Source: a virus
Taxonomy: Duplodnaviria > Heunggongvirae > Uroviricota > Caudoviricetes
Length of the DNA: 9,984 nt
Virus record (IMG/VR): IMGVR_UViG_2703718842_000003
Direction: 5' to 3' (one strand)
Shown here: positions 1-7,574 of the stretch, piece by piece
Position numbering within the stretch: position 1 is the first letter of the stretch
Layout of the letters: each line of letters opens with the position of its first letter
Notes under the pieces: model-generated
What the model saw: only the letters and a program-made list of their open reading frames with translations
What the model was told of the DNA's origin: nothing
Database searches by the model: none
Program-made: the position numbers and the translations under genes

Positions 1-312
1 TTACTGCGAACCATCGCCCCCGCTGGTGGTATGCCGTTGCCTCTTGCCGCCATTTAACCGGAAGGCGTTACCGTTCGGTTGCGCTATCCCCATGCGGTGC
101 TGAGTTTCGGTGACAGCTTTATGCAGGTCGCCAAAGTCCTCAACCTTCACGGGCGGGCGCTTCACGTTCTCCAGACACGTTTCACGGCGGCGCTTTATCC
201 ATTCCCGATCATCGTCCTCGGTGCATAACAGCATGACTTCCATCCATCGCGCGGCGGCGCGTCGGTACAGCCCTTTTGCTTCCAGATCCTCAGCTTTGCT
301 GTCGTTTACCAT
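1..312 (-). CDS. PerC-family-like transcriptional regulator (about 103 aa)
   Basis: Six-frame ORF 1..318 begins with GTG; in-frame ATG at 312..310 is preceded by GAGGGGGG about 6 nt upstream. N-terminus MVNDSKAEDLEAKGLYRRAAARWMEVM resembles PerC-family proteins as I recall them from enterobacterial prophage-like islands. TAA stop at 1..3, so it appears complete. Confidence 0.5.
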   Translation of the reverse strand: MVNDSKAEDLEAKGLYRRAAARWMEVMLLCTEDDDREWIKRRRETCLENVKRPPVKVEDFGDLHKAVTETQHRMGIAQPNGNAFRLNGGKRQRHTTSGGDGSQ

Positions 313-323
313 GTTCACCCCCC

Positions 324-785
324 TCAGAATGGCGTTTCATCGTCGAATGGTGGGCGCTGGTCAAAATCATCAGGGGTGTTATATAGCTCCCATCCCGGCG
401 CGGATTGCGTTTCGTGGCCCCTGCTGGCTCCACTTGCTTTGACTGACTCGGCCCGCTTCCCGCCGGGGCGTACCGTTCTGGCGCTGATCACGCTGTCGGC
501 TACTACCTGATACCCCTGCTGTGTACCGCCATCCTTGCCCGCCCACTGATTGACCTGCATCGCTCCGGCAACACTGACTAAATCGCCTTTAACGTGTCCT
601 GCCAGTGCGTCGGCCTGTTTGCCGAATGCCACCACGCCCAGCCAGAAAGTAACCTCTCCGCCCTCTGCTGCATGGCAAGGCAGTGCCACCGCTAAACGCC
701 CCATTGTCATGCTGCCGCCGCTGTTTGTCGTTCTGGTCTGGGGATCTGCCACCAGCCGCCCGTAGGCTGATATCTGTGCTGTCAT
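324..785 (-). CDS. ssb: Single-stranded DNA-binding protein (SSB), 153 aa
   Basis: ATG at 785..783 with GAGG upstream; glycine/glutamine-rich middle and acidic C-terminal tip DDETPF, comparable to the canonical SSB tail DDDIPF; lies immediately downstream of the origin. Confidence 0.8.
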   Translation of the reverse strand: MTAQISAYGRLVADPQTRTTNSGGSMTMGRLAVALPCHAAEGGEVTFWLGVVAFGKQADALAGHVKGDLVSVAGAMQVNQWAGKDGGTQQGYQVVADSVISARTVRPGGKRAESVKASGASRGHETQSAPGWELYNTPDDFDQRPPFDDETPF

Positions 786-888
786 TTTGCGAATACCTCG
801 AATTATTAGTTTTGCTAATGAAGATTGCCCGGCACCGTCTTATTGTGGGACACCTTCGCCAGATTTTTTTGTATATAAACAAAAATAG

Positions 889-1148
889 TGTTGTCTCTGT
901 TGTCTTTGTTGTCTCACGGCTCTACAGGCCGCGCCACGTCTGGGTTTTGCTGAGACAACATTTGCAATTTCGTGTTGTCTCACCCGGCATAAATGTTGTC
1001 TCACTGCCTGCCGGACTAAAAACACACGTTCGCCCTGTTGTCTCAAAATGGCTAAATGTTGTCTCAATGTTGTCTCAGAAATTAAAATAAAATCCTTATA
1101 AATCAATGTAACTTACAAAATGAGACAACAAAGACAACTGAGACAACA
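889..1148. repeat. Iteron array, probable replication origin, with an AT-rich tract (about 1078..1120)
   Basis: 10-mer TGTTGTCTCA in direct orientation at 907, 973, 994, 1036, 1057, 1068 (variants at 889 and 898) and as inverse TGAGACAACA at 951, 1121, 1139 (variant at 1131). Spacings of 21, 21, 42 and 11 bp suggest helical phasing. Sits directly downstream of the primase-helicase stop (1174). Confidence 0.75.
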
Positions 1149-1173
1149 CTAAAACTACGTATGTGAAAAAAGA

Positions 1174-3933
1174 TTATTCTTCTGGCTGGCTGCTTTCCTC
1201 ATCCATGAAGTTGAGCACATAAACGCGAATTTGCCGCCCTCCTTCCCTTACCCGCCCCTGATAACCTCGCCCGCTCGTTGGTGGTGTTAGCATTCCTGCA
1301 TTCTTGAGAACTTCGGCAAACTGCCTGACATTAAAACCCCGTGCGATCTCCTGCTCAAATGTTGCCGGGAAGGTGTAGAAAATTATCGGGTCGCCGTCGT
1401 GGTTCCCCTTCTTCCTGTACCCGGCTAAATCACGGATGGGTAAATCGCGCGGGTCATAACCCAGCGGCGCGAATCTACTCAGCCCATAGGCATTTAAAAA
1501 CGCCTCCGTCTGCTCGATGATCTGCTGGTGCTCTTTGTTCCCCGTGCCGAACTCTTTCAGCCATGCGTTATAGGTGTGCTGTATCGCATCCCGGCACGTT
1601 TGAGCATCCCAGCCAGTAACCACGCCACCCAGCAGTAAAGCGGCCTCCAGAATGGCGAACCTCGCCCCTACACGGTGAACCTGTTCCCCATAGTCAGCAG
1701 GGATTAGACTTCGCCATCGGGCTTCACACTCACGAACGGCATCAATCGCCTGCTGCTGGTGGTCTGAAAGCCATCTAATCCACTCCCGCCCGGCAGCGCC
1801 ATGATGGTGCTGGTAAGCGTCTTTCAGCGCGTCGGCGTGATCTTTCCCTGTCTGGTGCTCATGAAAGCGCACCGCCTTACTCAGCGGGATATTCAGCAGT
1901 CGCACCAGTTGCCCCGCTTTTGTCTTGCGTCCTGCGGTGGCGATGAACGTTTCTAAATCCATTTCCCCGGTGCTGATTGCCACGGTGCGCCAGCGTTTCA
2001 GATCCCGGTTGCTTCCTTCCTTTGCTCCCTGCAATTTCCCCACGCCGTTAAACAGGGCATAGGCAGACTGAGAAACGCTTATCGGGTCTGCGCCCTGTCC
2101 GACTTCATCCAGCGGCATCAGCCCGTCATTGTGGGCGGCGGCCTCGTTTATCAGCCCCAGCGCCGTCCCATACCACGTCAGGCGCAAGGCATCAGGGTTG
2201 CCGTAAAGACTGCTCGCCACGTTCTGCGTGGTTGTTTTCCCGGCGCTCGATTGCTCATAAAAATGAATCCCGAATCCGTCACGATCTGCCACCCCGATTA
2301 ATGGCGCTGCCAGTGCTGCGGCGATGCCTGTCATCATCGCGTAGTTGCCGTATGCCAGCCGCGCAACACTGTTAAGCCAGCTTTCAGGCGTTCCTGCTAC
2401 GGTATACCCGGCAGCGGCTGAACTGCGCCCGCTGAACAAAACAGGCCGCTGAGGTGTGCCGATGATTTCCCCGTCCGGCATGATGTATGCCCCACACTGC
2501 CAGCCTGTAGCATGAGCAACGCGCCACAATTCACGCGAGCCGCTTCGCTGTAACCAGTCGGCAAGAATCGCCCGTAGGCTGTTTTTCGTTGTGACGTTGA
2601 CGCCACCAGCTTTCAGGGTGCGCCAGCCTTCACGCTCGCCAATATCAGCCAGCGGGATAGCCGCTGTTGTCGGTATGCCTGCACCAAATGCCAGCCATGA
2701 GATAATAAGATACTGATCTTTGTCGTCGCGTCCCGTGCCGATAACCTCCAACGGTGAACATAACCAGCTTTCAGCGTTGATGATCTCCCCGCTTTCCTTG
2801 TCCACCTTCGGCGTTACCCAGAAAACGCCATCTTTTCGGCTCTCAATGTGGGGTTTTAGTGGGTCTTTCTCTGGATGGTCAGTTTTACCGCCCTCAATGG
2901 CTTGCAATCGCGGTTTCACGGCTTCCCCTTGAATCTGGTACATCGAATCGTTAAACGCAGCCGTAGCGACTTCCAGCCCGTTTTGCTGGCGGTAGTCGTC
3001 CCAGTCGGCTTTGTAGTCTGTCGGCGGCAGCGCCACCCAGCCAGCCACGGATAAGGCGGCTTTCTCTGCGGCATCTTTGCCCGTGTTCGCCTGGTCGTCC
3101 TGCTGGTGGTCGTTATCTGCGGCAATGATAATCTGCGTGGCTGGATATATCCGGCGCATCACTTCGGCAACGGGTAGCAGGTTGCCCGCGTCAATTGCTG
3201 CCACTGCCAGCGCGTCCGGGCGCATCAGGTGAACTGAAAGGGCCGTCGCCAGCCCCTCGGCAATTAAAACGCTCTGCGGCGATTCTGGCGCGTTTACGGC
3301 GTGATATGCCCCGCGCTTTGCTGAACCTGTCAGGAGTCGTTTATCTCCCTGCGGCGTGATGGTCTGCGCCGCCACTACTGCGCCGGATTCATCCACCAGC
3401 GGCAGGAGTAGCGAACCATCAGACATAACCGGGTAATTAAACCCGGTCAGCCCTTTTGATTGCAGGTAATCAGATTCGCCCTGTGTGACACTCTGGCGCA
3501 TTCCGGCATACAGACGGGCAAACGTAGCCCTTCGCTGCTCTGCGTCCTCTGCTGCCTGTTTCTGGCGCTCCTGCTCACGCTGCTGGCGGTCAGCTTCCAG
3601 TTGCTCTCTTCTATGGCTCGCTGCCACCGGGTCGGTTTGCGCTGCCCGGTAATCAATACCCAGCACGTCAGCGGCAAGCTGTGCCGCCTCCGTAGTGCCG
3701 CAGTTGTTAACCCGCTTGATTAAATCCAGCCCGTCACCAGCGCCACACTGGTTGCAGATAAAGCTACCGCGCCCGTTGTCGTCGAATCTGAAACGGTCTT
3801 TTCCTCCACATGCAGGGCACGGAGAATGGCGGCGCGATGAATCAGGCACGTCGATAGACAGGCCAGCCAGCACATAAGGCCAGTTACCAGCGGCGGCGGT
3901 GGTCACTTCGCGGATAAGGTCGATATTACGCAT
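1174..3933 (-). CDS. Primase-helicase, P4 alpha / pri-rep type (919 aa)
   Basis: ATG at 3933 with GGGAGG 9 nt upstream. N-terminal Zn-ribbon CPAC...CNQC (residues 39-63), TOPRIM-like AEGLATA and IIAADNDHQ acidic motif, C-terminal P-loop-like SSAGKTT consistent with a D5/SF3-type helicase. Family call from motif recollection. Confidence 0.9.
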   Translation of the reverse strand: MRNIDLIREVTTAAAGNWPYVLAGLSIDVPDSSRRHSPCPACGGKDRFRFDDNGRGSFICNQCGAGDGLDLIKRVNNCGTTEAAQLAADVLGIDYRAAQTDPVAASHRREQLEADRQQREQERQKQAAEDAEQRRATFARLYAGMRQSVTQGESDYLQSKGLTGFNYPVMSDGSLLLPLVDESGAVVAAQTITPQGDKRLLTGSAKRGAYHAVNAPESPQSVLIAEGLATALSVHLMRPDALAVAAIDAGNLLPVAEVMRRIYPATQIIIAADNDHQQDDQANTGKDAAEKAALSVAGWVALPPTDYKADWDDYRQQNGLEVATAAFNDSMYQIQGEAVKPRLQAIEGGKTDHPEKDPLKPHIESRKDGVFWVTPKVDKESGEIINAESWLCSPLEVIGTGRDDKDQYLIISWLAFGAGIPTTAAIPLADIGEREGWRTLKAGGVNVTTKNSLRAILADWLQRSGSRELWRVAHATGWQCGAYIMPDGEIIGTPQRPVLFSGRSSAAAGYTVAGTPESWLNSVARLAYGNYAMMTGIAAALAAPLIGVADRDGFGIHFYEQSSAGKTTTQNVASSLYGNPDALRLTWYGTALGLINEAAAHNDGLMPLDEVGQGADPISVSQSAYALFNGVGKLQGAKEGSNRDLKRWRTVAISTGEMDLETFIATAGRKTKAGQLVRLLNIPLSKAVRFHEHQTGKDHADALKDAYQHHHGAAGREWIRWLSDHQQQAIDAVRECEARWRSLIPADYGEQVHRVGARFAILEAALLLGGVVTGWDAQTCRDAIQHTYNAWLKEFGTGNKEHQQIIEQTEAFLNAYGLSRFAPLGYDPRDLPIRDLAGYRKKGNHDGDPIIFYTFPATFEQEIARGFNVRQFAEVLKNAGMLTPPTSGRGYQGRVREGGRQIRVYVLNFMDEESSQPEE

Positions 3934-3947
3934 TCGTGTTACCTCCC

Positions 3948-4574
3948 TCAGTGCGCCGCTGGCATTTCAGGCCAGCCGTTTTCATCCAGATCAGCAATGA
4001 AGTGATCGTGTAGCTCTGCCAGCGTTTCACGTCCGAACGGGGTCAGCTCGCCGCGCTCCGTATCCAGCATGGACTGATAAAACACAATGGCTTTTTCCGT
4101 ACCCTGTTCGACGCCGTATCGCTCAATCATTGCGCCCTCGATGTTGTTCGCCATCGCCAGGCGTTCAGCAAACGGGTAAACCACAATGCCCGCTGTGCCA
4201 TTGGAGTAAATCGCCACCTGCGATGATGTGCCGTCAGACTCAGTAACCGTGGTGGTGCCGTTCTCGCGCTTCATCTCAGAAATGAACGTCGCAGCAATCA
4301 GCCAGCGCCACATAGTGACGTTATGCTGCGCGGTGAAGTCGAACCAGCCACGCGCCCCGCCATCAGCAACGGCAAAATGAATGGCGTATCCGATATCTGG
4401 CTTATCGTCGTACTCTCCGGCGTCAAGGCCGTTCACGGCGCTCTCGTAGCTGATAAGAGCAACCTGCTCATATCCCCCGGCATCATTGCGGGTCATGATA
4501 TTGACGCCGTGCGGTGTGGCTTCGGCGTGTAATAAGTCGGCATTTCCCGATTTAATGGTCGGTGCGTTGCTCAT
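3948..4574 (-). CDS. Hypothetical protein (208 aa), first gene upstream of primase
   Basis: ATG at 4574 with GGAGGG 6 nt upstream; TGA stop at 3948 sits inside the primase RBS region; no motif I can assign. Confidence 0.6.
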   Translation of the reverse strand: MSNAPTIKSGNADLLHAEATPHGVNIMTRNDAGGYEQVALISYESAVNGLDAGEYDDKPDIGYAIHFAVADGGARGWFDFTAQHNVTMWRWLIAATFISEMKRENGTTTVTESDGTSSQVAIYSNGTAGIVVYPFAERLAMANNIEGAMIERYGVEQGTEKAIVFYQSMLDTERGELTPFGRETLAELHDHFIADLDENGWPEMPAAH

Positions 4575-4834
4575 GCGCTGCCCTCCGCATCAATTCTGGC
4601 TATATCGACAATCGTCAGGACTTTACTCAGCCAGCAATGCGCGATGGCTGCTTGCTCACCTTCGAGGAGTGGTAATAAATCGGTCATAACGTGAGCCAGC
4701 CCATTGCGGGCGCGGGTCATGCGTTCTGCTGTTCGGTCTGCCAGCGTAAAATCATCCGGGTATGATTCTTTGCGAGATAGCATCGCTTCGGCTTCCAGCT
4801 CTGCCGGGTGGCGGTAGATGGTATTTATGTTCAT
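4571..4834 (-). CDS. Hypothetical protein (87 aa)
   Basis: ATG at 4834 with GAGGTG upstream; its TGA stop overlaps the ATG of the 208-aa gene (ATGA overlap, 4571..4574), indicating translational coupling. Confidence 0.5.
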   Translation of the reverse strand: MNINTIYRHPAELEAEAMLSRKESYPDDFTLADRTAERMTRARNGLAHVMTDLLPLLEGEQAAIAHCWLSKVLTIVDIARIDAEGSA

Positions 4835-5010
4835 GCTGCCACCTCACGAATGCGGGTAATCTGGATGTGGGAAAGGCGTTCATTTCTGGCCTGATTTAGC
4901 GCCTCAGCTTTGGCGCTGATCGCGCTGCGGGCGTCAACGATATAAACGAACTCGACTAATTCGCCGCTCCGGGCGGTGGCGCATCCTGCAACACGGAAGT
5001 AATTAAGCAT
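4831..5010 (-). CDS. Hypothetical small protein (about 59 aa)
   Basis: Six-frame ORF 4831..5100 begins with TTG; internal ATG at 5010 has GGGGG about 6 nt upstream and overlaps the stop of the Ash/Icd frame by 8 nt; its stop overlaps the next start (ATGA at 4831..4834). Confidence 0.45.
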   Translation of the reverse strand: MLNYFRVAGCATARSGELVEFVYIVDARSAISAKAEALNQARNERLSHIQITRIREVAA

Positions 5011-5194
5011 GTGCGCCCCCTGTGCGAATACGTCCGGCAAAAAAGCAGACGTGATCGCGCACCAGAGAACGGCGAGCATCGCGTTCAGACTCGGCAGCAA
5101 TATGATGAATTTTGGCGGTAATTGTCGGCATGTCGCGGCGAACTGCTGCGATAATCCAGATAAATTGCGGTTTTTTGGTAGGGGTAGTAGCCAT
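5003..5194 (-). CDS. Icd-like host cell-division inhibitor family-like small protein (63 aa), nested in-frame in the Ash-like ORF
   Basis: Perfect AGGAGG (plus-strand cctcct 5204..5209) lies 9 nt upstream of ATG at 5194; product MATTPTKKPQFIWIIAAVRRDMPTITAKIHHIAAESERDARRSLVRDHVCFFAGRI matches my recollection of Icd-like proteins of enterobacterial prophages/satellites. Confidence 0.55.
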   Translation of the reverse strand: MATTPTKKPQFIWIIAAVRRDMPTITAKIHHIAAESERDARRSLVRDHVCFFAGRIRTGGAHA

Positions 5195-5332
5195 TATGGC
5201 AGCCTCCTGTAACTGGGATTTATTCCCACCACCGGAAACGCCAATTTCACTGGTGGTGAGCTGAACAGGGTTGGCGTAACCGGCGTTACAGGAAACCGGC
5301 GCGGATCGCTCCGCCCCCATCCAGCCCACCAT
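5003..5332 (-). CDS. Ash-family-like protein (about 109 aa if started at MVGWMG); true start uncertain because the frame stays open up to 5962
   Basis: Segment MVGWMGAERSAPVSCNAGYANPVQLTTSEIGVSGGGNKSQLQEAAIMAT resembles Ash-family N-termini as I recall them; the frame is continuous with the Icd-like reading frame. Weak RBS at 5332; alternative in-frame ATGs at 5728 and 5791. Confidence 0.45.
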   Translation of the reverse strand: MVGWMGAERSAPVSCNAGYANPVQLTTSEIGVSGGGNKSQLQEAAIMATTPTKKPQFIWIIAAVRRDMPTITAKIHHIAAESERDARRSLVRDHVCFFAGRIRTGGAHA

Positions 5333-5764
5333 TACTTTTTGAGCAATATGGGCTATAGCCATATCGCCGGGAAAGAGGTGTGCAGATGCGAGGACACAAA
5401 AAAAGACGCTCGGCGCGTCATGTGTCGCCTGTAACATTATCAGGACGCCAATCCCGGCACCAGATTTTGCTGGCGCGCTATAACCATAAACCGGGTTGGC
5501 GATAGTCGGCAAGCCCTTTTTTATGGACTCCGAATACTCACCTTCTCGCGTAACGACCCCTAAAAAATCTTCCAGCGCACGCGTATTTGTCTCGAAAGTC
5601 GATGTGGAACGGTTCACAACGGTAGCAATCCAGTTCATACCACCAGCTAGCAGAAGGAATTTATTCCCCACAGCCAGCTTTTTTGAGGTTATTTTTTCTT
5701 GGTTTAAAATGTCATCATTTGTCGTCATCCCCCGTGCGTGGATGTCAGGTTTTGACAGGTTCAG

Positions 5765-5861
5765 GCTAAGTTTTGCTAAGTCCTTAGCCATAACAATTGA
5801 TAACAGGTAATCGTTCACAACCTTAGGTTTTATAAGGTTCTGAGGGTTAACATTTGTTAAC
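5765..5861 (-). promoter_or_regulatory. Palindrome-rich AT-rich putative operator region upstream of the Ash/Icd-primase gene block
   Basis: GCTAAG at 5765 and perfect palindrome GCTAAGTCCTTAGC at 5775..5788; TAACA direct repeat flanking CAATTG (5791..5805); palindrome AACCTTAGGTT at 5819..5829; two GTTAAC hexamers 4 bp apart at 5846..5861. No convincing sigma70 -35/-10 pair identified by eye. Confidence 0.3.
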
Positions 5862-5900
5862 AGGCTAGCCAGATTAAAGGCTTCTTTCTGGGCGGCAGGT

Positions 5901-6083
5901 TCATTCAGTATCACGGCGCACCTCCACGAACTCCTTAACGAATCTCTCCAAAGGCTGAACACATGGCGACTGATAGCCCTCGCGGTAAAAGGTCACTCGG
6001 TTATGCTCGACGCGCTGTACGGTCACTACAGCCCCGTGACTGTCCTTGTAACGGCTTCCCGGCATCGGATTATGGTTACGCAT
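5901..6083 (-). CDS. DUF4222-like small protein (60 aa)
   Basis: ATG at 6083 with GGAGGT 5 nt upstream; sequence PGSRYKDSHGAVVTVQRVEHNRVTFYREGYQSPCVQPLERFVKEF resembles DUF4222 proteins common in enterobacterial prophages (recollection). Confidence 0.6.
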   Translation of the reverse strand: MRNHNPMPGSRYKDSHGAVVTVQRVEHNRVTFYREGYQSPCVQPLERFVKEFVEVRRDTE

Positions 6084-6909
6084 GGTTTACCTCCAGACGT
6101 TTAGCGAGCCAGCGTTGCGACAGGCGGGTGAGTTCTCCTTTGCGCTGCTCATATTCCATGCCCATATCAATTAACGTGATATTGGTGCTTTCGAGATAGG
6201 CGAGGTGTTCAAGCTGTGCTGCGTTCATGCTGTCCCGTGGTTCGCCAGTAATGCCATTTGCCTGCGCCCACTGCTTCGCCGTCATGCCACCCAGCACGAT
6301 ACGGGCGATCATGTTGCTCTCGTTGCTGTAGTGGCGCTGCTGCGTCGTTTTCCCCTGCTCGGCACGGGCCATATTCAGCGCATCGCACATTGGCTTAAAG
6401 TTGTTTGCGGCACTGATACGGGCTTTTAGCTGGCGACGATAGCGGGCGGCGATTTCAGGCACGGTACGCTGTAATTCTTCCTCGCACTGGATGAAATAAC
6501 GGCGGATAGCGCGACCCTGATCATTGCGTTCGATCATTGCCAGTTCTTTCGCCATTCCGACACTTAACAGATAGTCTTTGCCGGGTCTGCCAGAGTGCTT
6601 TATCTTGCTGTAAGCCGCGCCATTCGGGCTTTTCCCCAAATTTGGGGAAATTGTTTTATGGACTGAGTAATCGTGCCCAATGGTGAAGTCATATTCAGAG
6701 ATGCGATCAGTGATCCATGTAGAGAAGTCTTTTCCCACGCCCAACGCTTTGTGTAACGCTTTTGCGCTAACAATATTGGTTTCACGCCCACCGATATGAC
6801 CAGGAATAACCGGGACAATTGCGGCAAATTCATTACCGTTAATTGTGCCCTGATAGGCGTTCAGATGAGGGGCGGCCTCAGAAATTAATCTGCTTTTTTC
6901 GATGTTCAT
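6076..6909 (-). CDS. Phage antirepressor-like protein, AntA/KilAC-type (277 aa)
   Basis: ATG at 6909 with GGAG 7 nt upstream; N-terminal NIVSAKALHKALGVGKDFSTWITDRISEYDFTIGHDY matches the AntA/AntB antirepressor N-domain pattern; stop overlaps the DUF4222-like start region by 8 nt. Confidence 0.7.
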   Translation of the reverse strand: MNIEKSRLISEAAPHLNAYQGTINGNEFAAIVPVIPGHIGGRETNIVSAKALHKALGVGKDFSTWITDRISEYDFTIGHDYSVHKTISPNLGKSPNGAAYSKIKHSGRPGKDYLLSVGMAKELAMIERNDQGRAIRRYFIQCEEELQRTVPEIAARYRRQLKARISAANNFKPMCDALNMARAEQGKTTQQRHYSNESNMIARIVLGGMTAKQWAQANGITGEPRDSMNAAQLEHLAYLESTNITLIDMGMEYEQRKGELTRLSQRWLAKRLEVNHA

Positions 6910-6921
6910 TTTCAGTCTCCG

Positions 6922-7356
6922 TTAGGCGGCGGTGAGATTGTCCGGGTATAGATTGAGAATGTCGGCAATTTCAGGCTGAGAAAGTCCCTGATAGCCCCCA
7001 GCGTCGGCGTTATGGTTCACAAGCCGAATAACTTTTAGAACGTCACCGCGCCCGGTAAAGCGATAGCGTAAATGTGACCCGATCCCGTCGGGATTCTTTT
7101 CGTCGATACGCTCTAACTGAATATCAAGCCTGCGTTCTAACTCGCTGGCGTAGTTCCTTCCAGACGAAAGGCGGCAGTAGCGCAGAATGTCGTTTTCTGT
7201 CCATCCCTCTACCCCAGTGCGTAGCATATAGACGCGGGCGCGGTGCTTCTTCGGTGTGCGGCGTGGCGCTTGTGTGGTGGGCGCTGGTGGCGTAACATCA
7301 GATCCGCGAATATCTATGTTAGCCGCCTGCTGTCCGGGGCGGTTTTCTTTTTTCAT
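6922..7356 (-). CDS. Hypothetical protein (144 aa) with a basic, proline-rich N-terminus
   Basis: Start ATG shares one nucleotide with the alpA stop (TGATG, plus-strand catca at 7354..7358), so it is translationally coupled to alpA; no motif assigned. Confidence 0.6.
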   Translation of the reverse strand: MKKENRPGQQAANIDIRGSDVTPPAPTTQAPRRTPKKHRARVYMLRTGVEGWTENDILRYCRLSSGRNYASELERRLDIQLERIDEKNPDGIGSHLRYRFTGRGDVLKVIRLVNHNADAGGYQGLSQPEIADILNLYPDNLTAA

Positions 7357-7574
7357 CAGGCCACCTTCCCGCGACGCTCTGCCAGCCAGTTGTTAATCTC
7401 TACCGCATCAAAGGCGGTAATCTTCTCGCCCAGCTTTACCGGGCGCGGCAGAACCCCATTGCGAACTTTGCGATCAATGGTGGAAACGCTAACGCCCAGC
7501 AATTCAGCAAGGCGGAAGCGTCGGATATAGCCAGATTGGGGGATTGTGTGGGTTGTTGCGTTATGTGTTGCCAT
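7356..7574 (-). CDS. alpA: AlpA / excisionase-family HTH regulator (72 aa)
   Basis: ATG at 7574; core RLAELLGVSVSTIDRKVRNGVLPRPVKLGEKITAFDAVEINNWL follows the AlpA/Xis-type winged-HTH pattern (HTH, then G.FP.P.klG, then a conserved W). Confidence 0.8.
   Translation of the reverse strand: MATHNATTHTIPQSGYIRRFRLAELLGVSVSTIDRKVRNGVLPRPVKLGEKITAFDAVEINNWLAERRGKVA

Noticed and set aside
589-1106. Minus-strand ORFs 589..882 and 840..1106 overlapping ssb and the iteron region
   Set aside because: Alternative frames running through the SSB gene and the repeat array; the repetitive iterons generate artificial open frames.
889-1148. Possible CRISPR array
   Set aside because: Repeats are only 10 bp, occur in both orientations with irregular short spacings (9-42 bp), and have no spacer-like unique segments of regular length; the pattern fits origin iterons.
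2397-3677. Nested minus-strand ORFs inside the primase gene (2397..2606, 2916..3125, 3447..3677)
   Set aside because: Out-of-frame overlaps of a 919-aa gene with clear primase motifs; Arg/Thr/Cys-rich translations typical of off-frame reads in GC-rich DNA.
5740-5760. Plus-strand TTGACA at 5752..5757 as a -35 element for an antisense promoter
   Set aside because: No acceptable -10 hexamer at 16-18 bp spacing downstream on the plus strand.
6600-6833. Nested minus-strand ORF 6600..6833 inside the antirepressor-like gene
   Set aside because: Alternative frame of a longer gene with recognisable AntA-type N-terminus.
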